A stretch of 64,000 bases of DNA from Deltaproteobacteria bacterium (GCA_034670305.1 JAXMNT010000014.1:1-64000); one strand, 5' to 3'. Numbered from the stretch's first letter, positions 17,406 to 27,150 are shown. Numbers and translations: made by a program. Notes: generated from the letters alone by a model not told the origin.

Positions 17406-17436
17406 GGTGGTACCTCTTTCGGTCCTTTCAATACAA

Positions 17437-17478
17437 TGACCAATGGGTCAGTGTTCCTATAACATGACGCTTCGGTCA
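17437..17478. promoter_or_regulatory. Two TGAC-N6-GTCA palindromic operators (probable TetR sites) in the AT-rich promoter of the hydroxylase gene
   Basis: TGACCAATGGGTCA (17437-17450) and TGACGCTTCGGTCA (17465-17478) bracket a TATAGG -10-like hexamer on the minus strand. Confidence 0.7.
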
Positions 17479-17522
17479 CCGTTTGGCAAGGGCACTGCGT
17501 AAACTTTGTGGCACCAAGGCCC

Positions 17523-17796
17523 TAGCAGGTCGCTGAAAAGCGACCTGCTCCCTTGCCGTTGCCCTTGCCCGTGCCCTTGCCCGTCGTGGACGCCGTGTGT
17601 TTCGCGACGGCGAGGCCGGGCATCGGTCGGTCCGCAGCCCGATATCGAACGGGCTCTCGCCCACCTCGAGCAGGTCGTCGCGATGCTCGTCGCGCTGATC
17701 AAGCGATCTGACCGCTGATCCGCGGGCAAGGGCAAAGGCAAGGGCAGGGGCAAGGGGCAGGCTGCGAGAACGCCCTGCGGGGGTTCTTCAGCCTGC
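17523..17796. mobile_element. Internally deleted copy of the 16223-16832 element
   Basis: Near-identical left ~95 bp and right ~160 bp; most of the four-helix-bundle gene is missing; the right inverted repeat lacks a few bases. Confidence 0.75.
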
Positions 17797-17804
17797 CGCT
17801 TGGT

Positions 17805-18467
17805 TTAGCGGGGTGGGCCGACGCGGATGCCGTCGAGCACCATCGAGACCACGACTTGGGCGACCTGCAGCGGGGGCGCGTCGAGGTTGCCGCGCAGCTG
17901 AGCGAGGGCCAGTTGCTCCACCGCCCCGACCACCGCCATGGCGCTGACCTTCGGATCGGTGACGTTCAGGAGACCTTTGTCGACCGCCACCTGGGTCAAC
18001 ATGATCGCGCCTTCGTTCATCTCTTCGGCCAGGGCTCGGATCCCGGCGCCCGAAGGATGAAGCGGCGCGCGGTTCTCTTGCAGGTAGAGCTGCACGACAT
18101 CGAGTTGCTGCACCGCCGCCTGGGCGAGGTCCATGGCGAGCATGGCGTACGCAGCGTTCAGCGCGTCCGAGCCATCGGCACGCCCGATCGCCACCGCACA
18201 CTTGCGCATCGACGTGCGCACTTCGGTTGCGATGGGCGCCAGGATCGCATCCACCAACGCGCCCTTGTCATCGAAGTACCGGTAGAAGTTGCCCTTCGCC
18301 ATGCCGCCCGCGCGGGCGATGTCGTCGATCGCGACATTCGCGACCCCGCGCGCGAGGAACAGCTCGAGCCCAGCGCTCAGGAGCGATTCCGTTCGCTGTT
18401 CGCGGTTGCGCGCTCGTTTGCCCCCCTTGGGACCGGGGCGCTGAGGCGGGACCTTGGCACGACTCAT
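17805..18467 (-). CDS. TetR/AcrR family transcriptional regulator
   Basis: N-terminal HTH: LLSAGLELFLARG...AIDDIARAGGMAKGNFYRYFDDK. Confidence 0.93.
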   Translation of the reverse strand: MSRAKVPPQRPGPKGGKRARNREQRTESLLSAGLELFLARGVANVAIDDIARAGGMAKGNFYRYFDDKGALVDAILAPIATEVRTSMRKCAVAIGRADGSDALNAAYAMLAMDLAQAAVQQLDVVQLYLQENRAPLHPSGAGIRALAEEMNEGAIMLTQVAVDKGLLNVTDPKVSAMAVVGAVEQLALAQLRGNLDAPPLQVAQVVVSMVLDGIRVGPPR

Positions 18468-18548
18468 CGCCCGCATCGTACGACAACCGGCGGGCGGCAC
18501 AACAAACGCATTTCGCCCGATGGCCGCAGCAAGTAGGCTGCCGGCCGC

Positions 18549-19463
18549 GTGTTGGCCACCCTCGTCATTCCAACCTACCGCCGTCCCGATCGGCTTCGGG
18601 CCCTCCTCGAGTGCGTGGCGCGGCAGACCGGCGACAGCCTCGCCCGGGTCGTCGTCTGTGACGATGGCTCTGGAGACGAGACCGAGGCGGTCGCCCGCTC
18701 CTTCGCCGACCGGCTCCCGCTCGACTACGCCTCACAGCCCGACGAGGGATTCCGGGCCGGGCAGGCGCGCAACCTCGGCATCGAACGGGCCATCGGAGAT
18801 GTGGTCGTCTTTCTGGACGACGACGTGCTCATCCGTCCGGACTTCATCGAAGCCCACCTGAACGCCCATCGCGGACACCCAGACCGGCACCGGGTCGTCA
18901 TCGGGTTCCGCCACCGCACCGATCACTACGCTGGCCTCACCCCGACCTGGGCGGAGATCGTGGCGGCGGAACGAGACGACCGTGTCGTCGATCTCGAAGG
19001 CATGGAAGTCCACGAACATCCGCAGCCCTGGATCTTCGTCTACTCGTGCAACTTCTCGGTCTCGCTCGGAGGCCCGGAGCTGTTCTTCGACGGCGGCTTC
19101 CGCGGATGGGGCATGGAAGACACCGAGCTCGGCTACCGCCTCTTCCACGCAGGCTACTCGGTGTACACCGAACCCAAAGCACGCGTGCTGCACGTGGAAG
19201 ACCCGGCGCCACGCGACCCATTCCGCTGCGAGGAGCGCGCGCTCCCGCCGAGCTACGACACCTACGTGCGCAACGCGGTGTACTTCATGGACAAGTACCC
19301 TGAGGACCGCGAACTCGAAGCGTGGATCCGCGGCGACGTCCGCTGGTACGTGCTCGACGAAGAAGGCCGCTGGGTCAAGAACGGCTTCGAGAACGACGTC
19401 GACTTCGTGATCGACCGATGCCGCTCCGACCGAGCCGCCCGCGACGCCGCCGGCGCGACCTAG
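18549..19463 (+). CDS. Glycosyltransferase family 2
   Basis: VIPTYRR, VCDDGS, ARNLG, FLDDD and FDGGFRGWGMEDTELGYRL motifs. Confidence 0.92.
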   Translation: MLATLVIPTYRRPDRLRALLECVARQTGDSLARVVVCDDGSGDETEAVARSFADRLPLDYASQPDEGFRAGQARNLGIERAIGDVVVFLDDDVLIRPDFIEAHLNAHRGHPDRHRVVIGFRHRTDHYAGLTPTWAEIVAAERDDRVVDLEGMEVHEHPQPWIFVYSCNFSVSLGGPELFFDGGFRGWGMEDTELGYRLFHAGYSVYTEPKARVLHVEDPAPRDPFRCEERALPPSYDTYVRNAVYFMDKYPEDRELEAWIRGDVRWYVLDEEGRWVKNGFENDVDFVIDRCRSDRAARDAAGAT

Positions 19464-19493
19464 GGCCGCCAGTCTCGCGAAGCGAGCCAGGCC
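19461..19493. repeat. 33-bp REP-like hairpin repeat, copy 1
   Basis: TAGGGCCGCCAGTCTCGCGAAGCGAGCCAGGCC; other copies at 19696 and 40063. Confidence 0.8.
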
Positions 19494-19695
19494 ACGAGAT
19501 GACGCCAGCGAGTCAGGCGACTCCACCCGTGCACCTGCGCAGGCCGTAGGCCGAGCAACTGGTGCACTCCCCAAGTGCGTCATAGAGGCGGCGGGAGTGC
19601 ATCGACCGCGCACAGCCGCCAAGTGCCTCAGCTGGGTTCACACATGGTCCCACTGGCTGGGCGGCGAGCACGTCGATGTGCTCTGGACGCCGCAT

Positions 19696-19728
19696 TAGGG
19701 CCGCCAGTCCCGCGAAGCGGGCCAGGCC
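19696..19728. repeat. 33-bp REP-like hairpin repeat, copy 2
   Basis: TAGGGCCGCCAGTCCCGCGAAGCGGGCCAGGCC, with a compensatory stem change relative to copy 1. Confidence 0.8.
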
Positions 19729-19743
19729 CGTATTGCCAATAAA

Positions 19744-20103
19744 TCAGTGCCCGGTTTGCAGGATCTGTACGTCGGCGTGGCCGGTGTTCTTGTCGACCAT
19801 CACCCGCAGGAACCGGGTCCGCATGGGCTGTCGGAGACTCACTTCCCATTGGTTCTGGTCGTTCGAGTGCACGACGACATCGGTGAGGTTGGCGGTGTCG
19901 TGCCCCTCGGCTTCGGCCGCCTGGAACGCGATCGCGACCGCTTCGGACTCACTGGTCGCGTTCGGGTCGTCGACCTCCGCCACGTGGGCGTTCGGGTCGA
20001 CCTCGGTCTCTTCCCCAACGGTCTCTTCTTCTTCTGGCGTGGTGTCTCCACCGCACCCCAGCGACGTGGACAGGGCCGCGCACACGACGACACCCCGCAC
20101 CAT
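19744..20103 (-). CDS. Small lipoprotein (PepSY-like C-terminus possible)
   Basis: Signal peptide ending SLGC, acidic linker, then EAVAIA...WEVSL...VMVDKNTG. Confidence 0.65.
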   Translation of the reverse strand: MVRGVVVCAALSTSLGCGGDTTPEEEETVGEETEVDPNAHVAEVDDPNATSESEAVAIAFQAAEAEGHDTANLTDVVVHSNDQNQWEVSLRQPMRTRFLRVMVDKNTGHADVQILQTGH

Positions 20104-20437
20104 GAACTCTCGTACTGCGAACATTGGTCAGCTCCCCTCCGCCTACGGTAGTCGCATTTCGAGCGGAACAACACCCGTCCCGGCCCCCGTTTGCGGACCC
20201 GTCCGACCCAGCGCACCGAGCTGGCGAGGGACGGAATGAAACGACGTGCGGGACGGGTTTCGTCCGCATTGCGGGCTGCTATGCTCCGCCGCCTCCGCTC
20301 GCCCGAGCGGTACTGTCTCTCGCGAGGGAGGCTCTGTTCCAGAGCCGTTTCCAAGGGCCCCAAGACGGCCGAAGGCATCTGGGCCCGCAGGAACCCCGCG
20401 AGAGACAAGACACTTTGGACCTGACTTGGATGAGCGC

Positions 20438-23400
20438 ATGAGTGACGAGAACGAAGACCCCCAAGACGTGCCGGATCCGGACGCCCCAGAGACGGGCGCC
20501 CGCGACTCGGTCGAGTCGGAGACCGACCAGGAGGTCGATCGCGACGACGCGGGCGAGCACGAAGGCGACTCGGACGACTCGGACGAGGACTCGGACGACG
20601 ACTCGAACGAGGCCAACGACGACGCGGAGTCCGACGAAGACGACGCGGCATCCGACGAAGACGACGCGGCATCCGACGAAGACGACGCGGCATCCGTCGA
20701 CGACTCGAACGCGGACGACTCGGACGCGGCCGCGGGTGCGGACGCCGACGACGTGAACACCGATGAGGACGCGGCGGCTTCGAAGTCGAAGAAGGGTGCC
20801 GGTTCGAAGAAGAAGTCGAAGAAGAAGAAGTCGAAGAAGAAGAAGTCCAAGCCGGCCGAAAGCGAAGCGGCCGCGCACGAAGCGAACGACGAGCGCGAAG
20901 CGAACGACGAGCGCGAAGCGTCGGACACGGACCCGGAGCGACCCGCACGGACGCACACGCAGACCATTCGAGGCGCGGTGTTGTTCGCGCTCGGCGGCCT
21001 CTCGACGTTCTGTCTGATGGCCAACGTGGATCAGGTCCCGCACGGCGCGCTCGTCGGCACCTTCACGCTCGGCGTCATGGTGTTCGGTCTGCTCGAACTG
21101 ACGGGGTTGCTCCGCGCCGCGAGCGACCAAGCGGTGGACTGGCGCGGCACCGCACTCGGCCGACTCGAAGGCGAGGCGGCCTGGATGCAGCCGCTCTACA
21201 CCGTGCCCACGGCACTCTTCATCCTGCTCGGTGGCGGCCTTCTCGGCGGCTACGACATGCTCCCGAAGGTGATCGTCGCCGCGCTCTGCGCGCTGCTTCC
21301 GAGTGCGATCCGGCGACCCGGCATGCTCGTGTTCACGCTCGTCGGGCTGATGTACCTGCCGCTGCTCGGCACGTTCTCGCTCTGGGATCCGTGGGAGACG
21401 CACTACGGCGAGGTCGCCCGCGAGGTCCTCTCCCGCGACGACTGGATCAGCACGTGGTGGGCGCAAGAGAACTGGTTCTGGTCCAAGCCCATTCTGATCT
21501 TCTGGACCGAGGCGTATTCGATGAGCGCCTGGGGCGTCGACTTCCATCCCGACGCCAACCCGCTCCATCCGGAGTGGGCGATCCGCAGCCCGGTGTGCGC
21601 GTTCGCCATCTGCGCCGTCATGTGCGTCTACGGGTCGATCAAACGCATCTTCGGCACGCGTGCCGCCGCGCTCTCCGCGCTCGTGCTCGCCACCGCGCCG
21701 CACTACTTCTTCCTGTCGCACCAGGCGATCACCGACATGTTCCTCGTGTCGAACGTCGTCATGGCGATGTGCATGCTCGCGCTGGCGTTCGCCGAAGATC
21801 CCGATCACCGAGTGCGCGAGGTCCGGCTCTTCGGGCGCGGCTTCAGCGCCCACACCGCGGTGGTCGGCGGGCTCCTGATGTTGGCGCTCCCGCAGGCGCT
21901 CTACCTCATCACCCGCAACATCGAGTTCCACTCCGGCTTCGGCGACGCCAGCTTCGGTTTCGCGTTCCACATGGACGAGATGATGTACGGGTCGGCCGGC
22001 AACACCGGCATCCCAGGCAACCCCGAAGTGCGCATGCAGCCCCCCCACCTCGACATCTGGTGGGGTCAGCCGCTCGCGCAAGGTCTTCTGTGGCTGAGCG
22101 TGCTCACCGGCGCCGTCTTCTTGCTGCGCAAGACCTGGCGGGTGCAGCGCCTCCAGATGACGGCCTTCTACATCTTCTGCGCGCTCGCGTTCATGGGCAA
22201 AGGCATCCCTGGATTGGCGCTGCCCGGTCTCATCGCGCTGCTCTACCTGGTCGCGTCGCGCCGGTGGAACGTGCTCGGCGACGGCCAGCTCCGGGTCGGA
22301 CCCGGCATCCTCGTCGCCGCGTGCGTGGGCTTGCCTTGGTACGTCGCGATGTTCGGCCGGCACGGTGCCGGGTTCACGGATCGGCTCCTGATCCACGACC
22401 ACATCAACCGGCTCGCCCAAGGCGTGCACGGCGACACGGGCAGCATCCAGTATTTCTTGTGGCAGCTCGGCTACGCGACCTTCCCTTGGGTCGCGCTCAT
22501 CCCCGCGTCGGTCCTCGCGTGGCTTTGGATGCGCGACCGCGGCGTCACCGTCGGCGCCCACAAGTCACCGCGCGGCCCCTACCGCACCGCGACCTCGAGC
22601 ACCTACCTCCAAGACGAGGAACGTCGGCGCCAGACCTTGATGTTGATCGGCATCTGGTTCTTCGCCTCGTTCGCGCTCTTCAGCGCGATGATCACCAAGT
22701 TCCACCACTACATCTTCCCCGCGGTACCGCCGGCCGCGATCCTCGTCGGCGTCGTGCTCGACCGGTTCTGGGGACGTGTCGAAGGCAGCGTTCGGGGCGC
22801 GCAGATCGCGACGGTGGTCGCGGTGCTCTCTCCTTTGCCGCTCATCCTCGGCATCGGCGGCCTGTGGGGCAACCTGCGCGGCGTGGTGCCTGAAGAGGTG
22901 CCTGCACCCGAGCGCGGCGACTGGGTGCTCGACCACGGCATGTCGACGGTGCTCGCCTATGGGCTGGTCTTCGTCGGGGCGGCCGCGCTGGCGTGGTCTG
23001 GACGTTGGTTGTGGCGCCATCGAATGGTGCACACCCGATCGCGCGAGACGCGGCGCGAAGATCTCAGTCTCAGCGTGGCGGTGGGTGCCGGCACGATGCT
23101 GGTCGCGTTCGTCGGCCGGGATCTGAGCTGGGTGACCTCCGCACGGCCCCAGGGGTACGAGCGGCTCATCCACCTCTTCGTCTACAACTACGGCCGACCG
23201 TGGCCTGACCACTTCGACTTCCGACCCATCCTGACCGGCTTCGCGATCGTGGCCGCCTCGCTGATGGCGCTGATGGCCATTCGCGCGTCCCGCGAAGTCG
23301 CATCCCGGGCGATCATTGGCATGGCGCTCCTCTTCGGCGGGTGGGTGCTCAACGTCTACATGGTCGACTTGGCACCCCACTGGGGCATGAAAGAGATCTT

Positions 23401-23692
23401 CGCCGCCTACTACGAGCAACGCTCGGGTCCCGAAGAGCCGGTCGTCGCCTGGCAGATGAACTGGAAGGGCGAGAACTTCTACACTGGCAACCGGGTGTAC
23501 GCGTTCGTCGACCTCGACAACGCGAAGATCAACGAGTGGATCGCCGAGCACCGAGGCGAGACCGCGTACTTCTGTTTCGAGCCGTCCCGGCTGGGTTCGT
23601 TCCGGAACCTCGTCCGCGGTCGCGAAGTCGAAGAGGTCACCGACAAACGATTGAACAACAAGTTCATGATCGTCCGAGTGCCCACGCTGTAG
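20438..23692 (+). CDS. GT-C fold glycosyltransferase (ArnT/PMT, GT39-like) with a long acidic N-terminus
   Basis: LWDPWETHYGEVARE, FWSKPIL, QAITDMF, KGIPG, PWY, TKFHHYIFP; many TM helices. Confidence 0.88.
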   Translation: MSDENEDPQDVPDPDAPETGARDSVESETDQEVDRDDAGEHEGDSDDSDEDSDDDSNEANDDAESDEDDAASDEDDAASDEDDAASVDDSNADDSDAAAGADADDVNTDEDAAASKSKKGAGSKKKSKKKKSKKKKSKPAESEAAAHEANDEREANDEREASDTDPERPARTHTQTIRGAVLFALGGLSTFCLMANVDQVPHGALVGTFTLGVMVFGLLELTGLLRAASDQAVDWRGTALGRLEGEAAWMQPLYTVPTALFILLGGGLLGGYDMLPKVIVAALCALLPSAIRRPGMLVFTLVGLMYLPLLGTFSLWDPWETHYGEVAREVLSRDDWISTWWAQENWFWSKPILIFWTEAYSMSAWGVDFHPDANPLHPEWAIRSPVCAFAICAVMCVYGSIKRIFGTRAAALSALVLATAPHYFFLSHQAITDMFLVSNVVMAMCMLALAFAEDPDHRVREVRLFGRGFSAHTAVVGGLLMLALPQALYLITRNIEFHSGFGDASFGFAFHMDEMMYGSAGNTGIPGNPEVRMQPPHLDIWWGQPLAQGLLWLSVLTGAVFLLRKTWRVQRLQMTAFYIFCALAFMGKGIPGLALPGLIALLYLVASRRWNVLGDGQLRVGPGILVAACVGLPWYVAMFGRHGAGFTDRLLIHDHINRLAQGVHGDTGSIQYFLWQLGYATFPWVALIPASVLAWLWMRDRGVTVGAHKSPRGPYRTATSSTYLQDEERRRQTLMLIGIWFFASFALFSAMITKFHHYIFPAVPPAAILVGVVLDRFWGRVEGSVRGAQIATVVAVLSPLPLILGIGGLWGNLRGVVPEEVPAPERGDWVLDHGMSTVLAYGLVFVGAAALAWSGRWLWRHRMVHTRSRETRREDLSLSVAVGAGTMLVAFVGRDLSWVTSARPQGYERLIHLFVYNYGRPWPDHFDFRPILTGFAIVAASLMALMAIRASREVASRAIIGMALLFGGWVLNVYMVDLAPHWGMKEIFAAYYEQRSGPEEPVVAWQMNWKGENFYTGNRVYAFVDLDNAKINEWIAEHRGETAYFCFEPSRLGSFRNLVRGREVEEVTDKRLNNKFMIVRVPTL

Positions 23693-23734
23693 CCGTGCGG
23701 GCGCTGCGTGGAACAAGGAAACCGCACGAACGGC

Positions 23735-23825
23735 CAGTGCTGGCTTCGAGAACCGCAGTGCTGGCTTCGAGAACCGCAGTGCTGGCTCTGGGAACCGCAG
23801 TGCTGGCTTCGGAAATCGCGGTGCT
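23735..23825. repeat. 21-bp tandem repeat (CAGTGCTGGCTTCGAGAACCG) x ~4.3
   Basis: Units start at 23735, 23756, 23777, 23798 and 23819; no spacers. Confidence 0.95.
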
Positions 23826-23927
23826 TGACAGCGCCGGCCACCCCGCATCCAATGGCGCAGGGGATGGAGCGCGGCGGGTGGTGACCGGCTGCATGCACGA
23901 TGATGAGTCGAGACACATGAGCGTCAG

Positions 23928-25766
23928 ATGGGAACCGGCGTCGTGAACGCCCCCGCGGACGATCGGCCCGACGAGGCCAGCGAGAAGAGCAGTGCACTCG
24001 CAGAAGGCAGTGGACCGCGTCCGTCCGGCCAGGAGCCCGAGGATGGTGAGCCCGGGAAGTTGAGCGAAGCCGAGCTCCAGGAGCCGGACGACGATCCGGA
24101 CCGCGAGACCTTCCCCCGCATGCTCACCGATCGCTACCGCCTCGAACGGCTTCTGGCGAAAGGCGGCATGGGACGCGTGTACGTCGCGACCCAGCTCGCG
24201 CTCGAGCGCACCGTGGCGATCAAGGTCTTGGTCGCGCCGCCGCTGATGAAAGCCGACTTCCGGCGACGCTTTCTTCTCGAAGCGAGCGTCTCCGCCAAGC
24301 TCTCGCACCCGAACATCGTCGTCGTGCACGACTATGGCGAGTCGCCCGAAGGCGATCTCTTCATGGCGATGGAGCTGCTCGAGGGCCGACCGCTCAACCA
24401 GGTGTTGCGCGACGAGGGCCCGTTCGAACCCGCCCGCGGCGTGGGGCTCACGCTGCAAGTCGCGCGCGCCCTGCGTGTCGCCCACAAGCGCGGGGTGGCG
24501 CACCGCGACTTGAAACCGGGGAACGTGTTTCTCGAACGGCGCACCGCCGACGACGACCAGGTCGTCGAAGTCGTCAAGGTCCTCGACTTCGGGTTGGTGA
24601 AGGTCTTCGAGGACGGCCGACCCTCGGTGGAAAGAGACGTGACCCAGGGCGACATGATGCTCGGCTCGCCCCGCTACATGTCGCCGGAGCAGATCAAGTG
24701 CGAGGCGGTGGACGCCCGGTCCGACATCTACTCGCTCGGGGCGCTCTTGTTCGCGATGGTGGCCGGCCGCCCGCCGTTCGTCGGATCGAGCCCGATCGAG
24801 ATCCTCACCCAGCACCTGCAACGCGATCCACCGAGCTTCCAAGAAGTCTACGAAGACCTCGGGTACGAGACCCCGCCGTTCCAGTTCCCACCCGAACTCG
24901 AGCAGCTCATCCGTCGGTGCATGCAGAAGCGGCCCGAAGATCGCTACCAGACGATCGACGAGGTGATCTCGGACCTCAAGCACATCCAGCAAGAGATCGG
25001 CGGGACCGACTTCAGCGACATCTCCGCGTCCAGCCCCCGCGTCTCGGATTCTTCTTCGTTCGCCTCAGCCCGTGCGCACAGCGACCCGGGTTCGGGTCCC
25101 AGTACCCCCACCGACTCCGGACCGTTCGGTGGGCCTTTGCCCATCGATGTGGTCGAAGAAGGAGAGCCGGCCCCGAAGAGCTGGAGACCGCTGGCTGCTG
25201 CGCTTGTGGCGGCCGCCCTCCTCGCTGGTGCAGCCGCGTTCCTGCTGGGCGGCGGCGACCCGCCGAACGAACCGAACACAGAAGAAGCGCCTTCGCTTCG
25301 GGTGCCGGTGACCATCACATCGGAGCCTTCGGGCGCCGAGGTGATGTCCGGAGGTGTCTCCCTCGGCGCGACGCCCGTCACGCGCTCGATGGCCCGAACC
25401 CCCGAAGGTGCGCGTCGCGTGTTCGAGCTTCGGTTGGAGGGGTTCGAAACGGCCCAGGTGTCGCACCCCATCGACGGCGCGTCCGTCGAAGTCCACGCCG
25501 TGTTGGCTGCGCGTCCTGTGCCCGCCGATCCCCCCGATCTCGCCGAAGACATCGAAACCGACGTGGAACCCGCACGCGACATGCAGTCCATGCGTCCGAT
25601 GCGCATGCAGTCCACGAACACGGACACACCGACCCCATCGATGTCCGTGTCGATGTCTATGGCGATGTCTGGAACCGAGACGATGGAAACGGACCGCGTC
25701 GAGAGGACGACCATGGTTCGGGACATCGTGGTCGACGATCGTCGACGCGTACCCATCGTCGACTGA
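23928..25766 (+). CDS. Membrane Ser/Thr protein kinase with a PEGA domain
   Basis: LAKGGMGRVY, VAIK, HRDLKPGN, DFG and GSPRYMSPEQ; TM helix; ITSEPSGAEV...GATP PEGA motif. Confidence 0.95.
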   Translation: MGTGVVNAPADDRPDEASEKSSALAEGSGPRPSGQEPEDGEPGKLSEAELQEPDDDPDRETFPRMLTDRYRLERLLAKGGMGRVYVATQLALERTVAIKVLVAPPLMKADFRRRFLLEASVSAKLSHPNIVVVHDYGESPEGDLFMAMELLEGRPLNQVLRDEGPFEPARGVGLTLQVARALRVAHKRGVAHRDLKPGNVFLERRTADDDQVVEVVKVLDFGLVKVFEDGRPSVERDVTQGDMMLGSPRYMSPEQIKCEAVDARSDIYSLGALLFAMVAGRPPFVGSSPIEILTQHLQRDPPSFQEVYEDLGYETPPFQFPPELEQLIRRCMQKRPEDRYQTIDEVISDLKHIQQEIGGTDFSDISASSPRVSDSSSFASARAHSDPGSGPSTPTDSGPFGGPLPIDVVEEGEPAPKSWRPLAAALVAAALLAGAAAFLLGGGDPPNEPNTEEAPSLRVPVTITSEPSGAEVMSGGVSLGATPVTRSMARTPEGARRVFELRLEGFETAQVSHPIDGASVEVHAVLAARPVPADPPDLAEDIETDVEPARDMQSMRPMRMQSTNTDTPTPSMSVSMSMAMSGTETMETDRVERTTMVRDIVVDDRRRVPIVD

Positions 25767-25815
25767 CCGCGCGGCGCGCCTTCCGGGTCCGATTGAATCT
25801 GCTAGCCTCGCGCGC

Positions 25816-27150
25816 ATGCGGGGAATTCTTTCAATCGGCCTGCTGCCGACGCTCTTGTGCTTGTTTCAATGCTCGCTGGCACTGGACCCACAGCTGTCCG
25901 AGTCGGGAGACATGGCGTTCGGCGACACGTGCTCGGACAACTTCCAGTGCCAATCCGGCACCTGCCGAGCGAACCGCTGCGCCGCCACCTGCGACGCAGC
26001 CACCGCATGCCCTGGCGATGCGCCCTGTGGTGGGGACGGCTTCTGCCGCTACCTCAGCCCGCCGGCCAAAGAGACCCTTCAGGTGGGCATGCTCTACGTC
26101 GGGCCGGTGGGTGACCATGGCTGGACCAAAGCCCACGACGACAGCCGCATCTTCTTTCTCGAACAGCTCGACAACGTCTCGGCCATGGTCGCGCCCTCGG
26201 TCGCCGCACCGGACGCGAGTGGACGCATCGACGAGTTCGTCGCGCGCGGCGACAACGTCGTCATCGCGACCAGCTTCGACTTCCTCGTCCCGATGCAGAA
26301 CGCGGCGCTTCGATACCCGGACGTGAACTTCTTGCTCTGCTCAGGGTTCACGGAAGGGCCCAACCTCGGCTCGTACTTCGGCCGCATGTACCAGGTGATG
26401 TACCAAGCCGGTCGCCTCGCCGCGCAGATGACCAATACGAACCGAGTGGGCATCGTCGGACCCGTCGTCATCCCGGAGACGGTGCGCCACGTGAACGCGT
26501 TCACCCAAGGCGTGCGCTCCATCGACCCGAGCATCGAAGTGGTCGTCGTCTGGGCGTTCGCTTGGTTCGCGCCCGAAGCCGAAGCGGCCGCCGCCAACAT
26601 GTTGCTCGACGCCAACGTGGACGTCCTGTTCGGTCACACCGACACCACGATCCCGATCGAGACCGCCAACGCGCGCAACTCGGCCGAGACGCCCATCTAC
26701 ACCATCGGCTACGACAACCCCGACAGTTGCACGTTCGCACCCGAGACCTGCATCACCAGCGCGTACTGGAACTGGGGCCCGATCGTCACCCGAACTTTGC
26801 GAGAGATGCAGACCGGCACGTGGCGGCCCAGCGAACTTCCGTGGGACCAGATGTCCGCGGACCCGGCCACGAGCACTGCGTACCTTGCGCCCATGAACAC
26901 GTCGCTCGTTCCGTCTGCCGTGCGCCTCGACGTCGAGGGACTCGTGGACGATCTCTCCGCCAACACCGATCAGGCCCGGTACCTACCGTTCGCTGGTCCG
27001 GTGCGGGACAACACCGGAACGCTCCGGGTCGCCGAAGGCGAACTCCCCGACGACCGCGATCTCTTGAACATGTGCTGGCACGTCGAAGGCGTGGTCGACA
27101 CCGAAGGCATGCCAGCCGTCGTGCCGCCCGGCTGCGTGGGGGACCGATGA
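25816..27150 (+). CDS. BMP-family (PnrA/Med-like) substrate-binding lipoprotein with an N-terminal Cys-rich module
   Basis: Signal peptide and an 8-Cys module, then VGMLYVGPVGDHGWTKAH, ATSFDF, VRHVNAFTQG and SAYWNWG. Confidence 0.85.
   Translation: MRGILSIGLLPTLLCLFQCSLALDPQLSESGDMAFGDTCSDNFQCQSGTCRANRCAATCDAATACPGDAPCGGDGFCRYLSPPAKETLQVGMLYVGPVGDHGWTKAHDDSRIFFLEQLDNVSAMVAPSVAAPDASGRIDEFVARGDNVVIATSFDFLVPMQNAALRYPDVNFLLCSGFTEGPNLGSYFGRMYQVMYQAGRLAAQMTNTNRVGIVGPVVIPETVRHVNAFTQGVRSIDPSIEVVVVWAFAWFAPEAEAAAANMLLDANVDVLFGHTDTTIPIETANARNSAETPIYTIGYDNPDSCTFAPETCITSAYWNWGPIVTRTLREMQTGTWRPSELPWDQMSADPATSTAYLAPMNTSLVPSAVRLDVEGLVDDLSANTDQARYLPFAGPVRDNTGTLRVAEGELPDDRDLLNMCWHVEGVVDTEGMPAVVPPGCVGDR

Noticed and set aside
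17485-17500. Sigma-54-like TGGCAA-N5-CTGC
   Set aside because: Two mismatches, and it points into a repeat element rather than a gene.
16223-17796. Diversity-generating retroelement (Avd-like gene plus near-identical repeats)
   Set aside because: No reverse transcriptase in the window; differences between copies are indels and mixed substitutions, not adenine-specific.
19513-19695. 60-aa ORF between the REP-like copies as a possible RAYT remnant
   Set aside because: Only an NP.EA.G-like fragment and no HUH motif; not supportable.
23735-23825. CRISPR array
   Set aside because: Units are contiguous with no spacers, and there are no cas genes. The same applies to 36754, 41630 and 53544.
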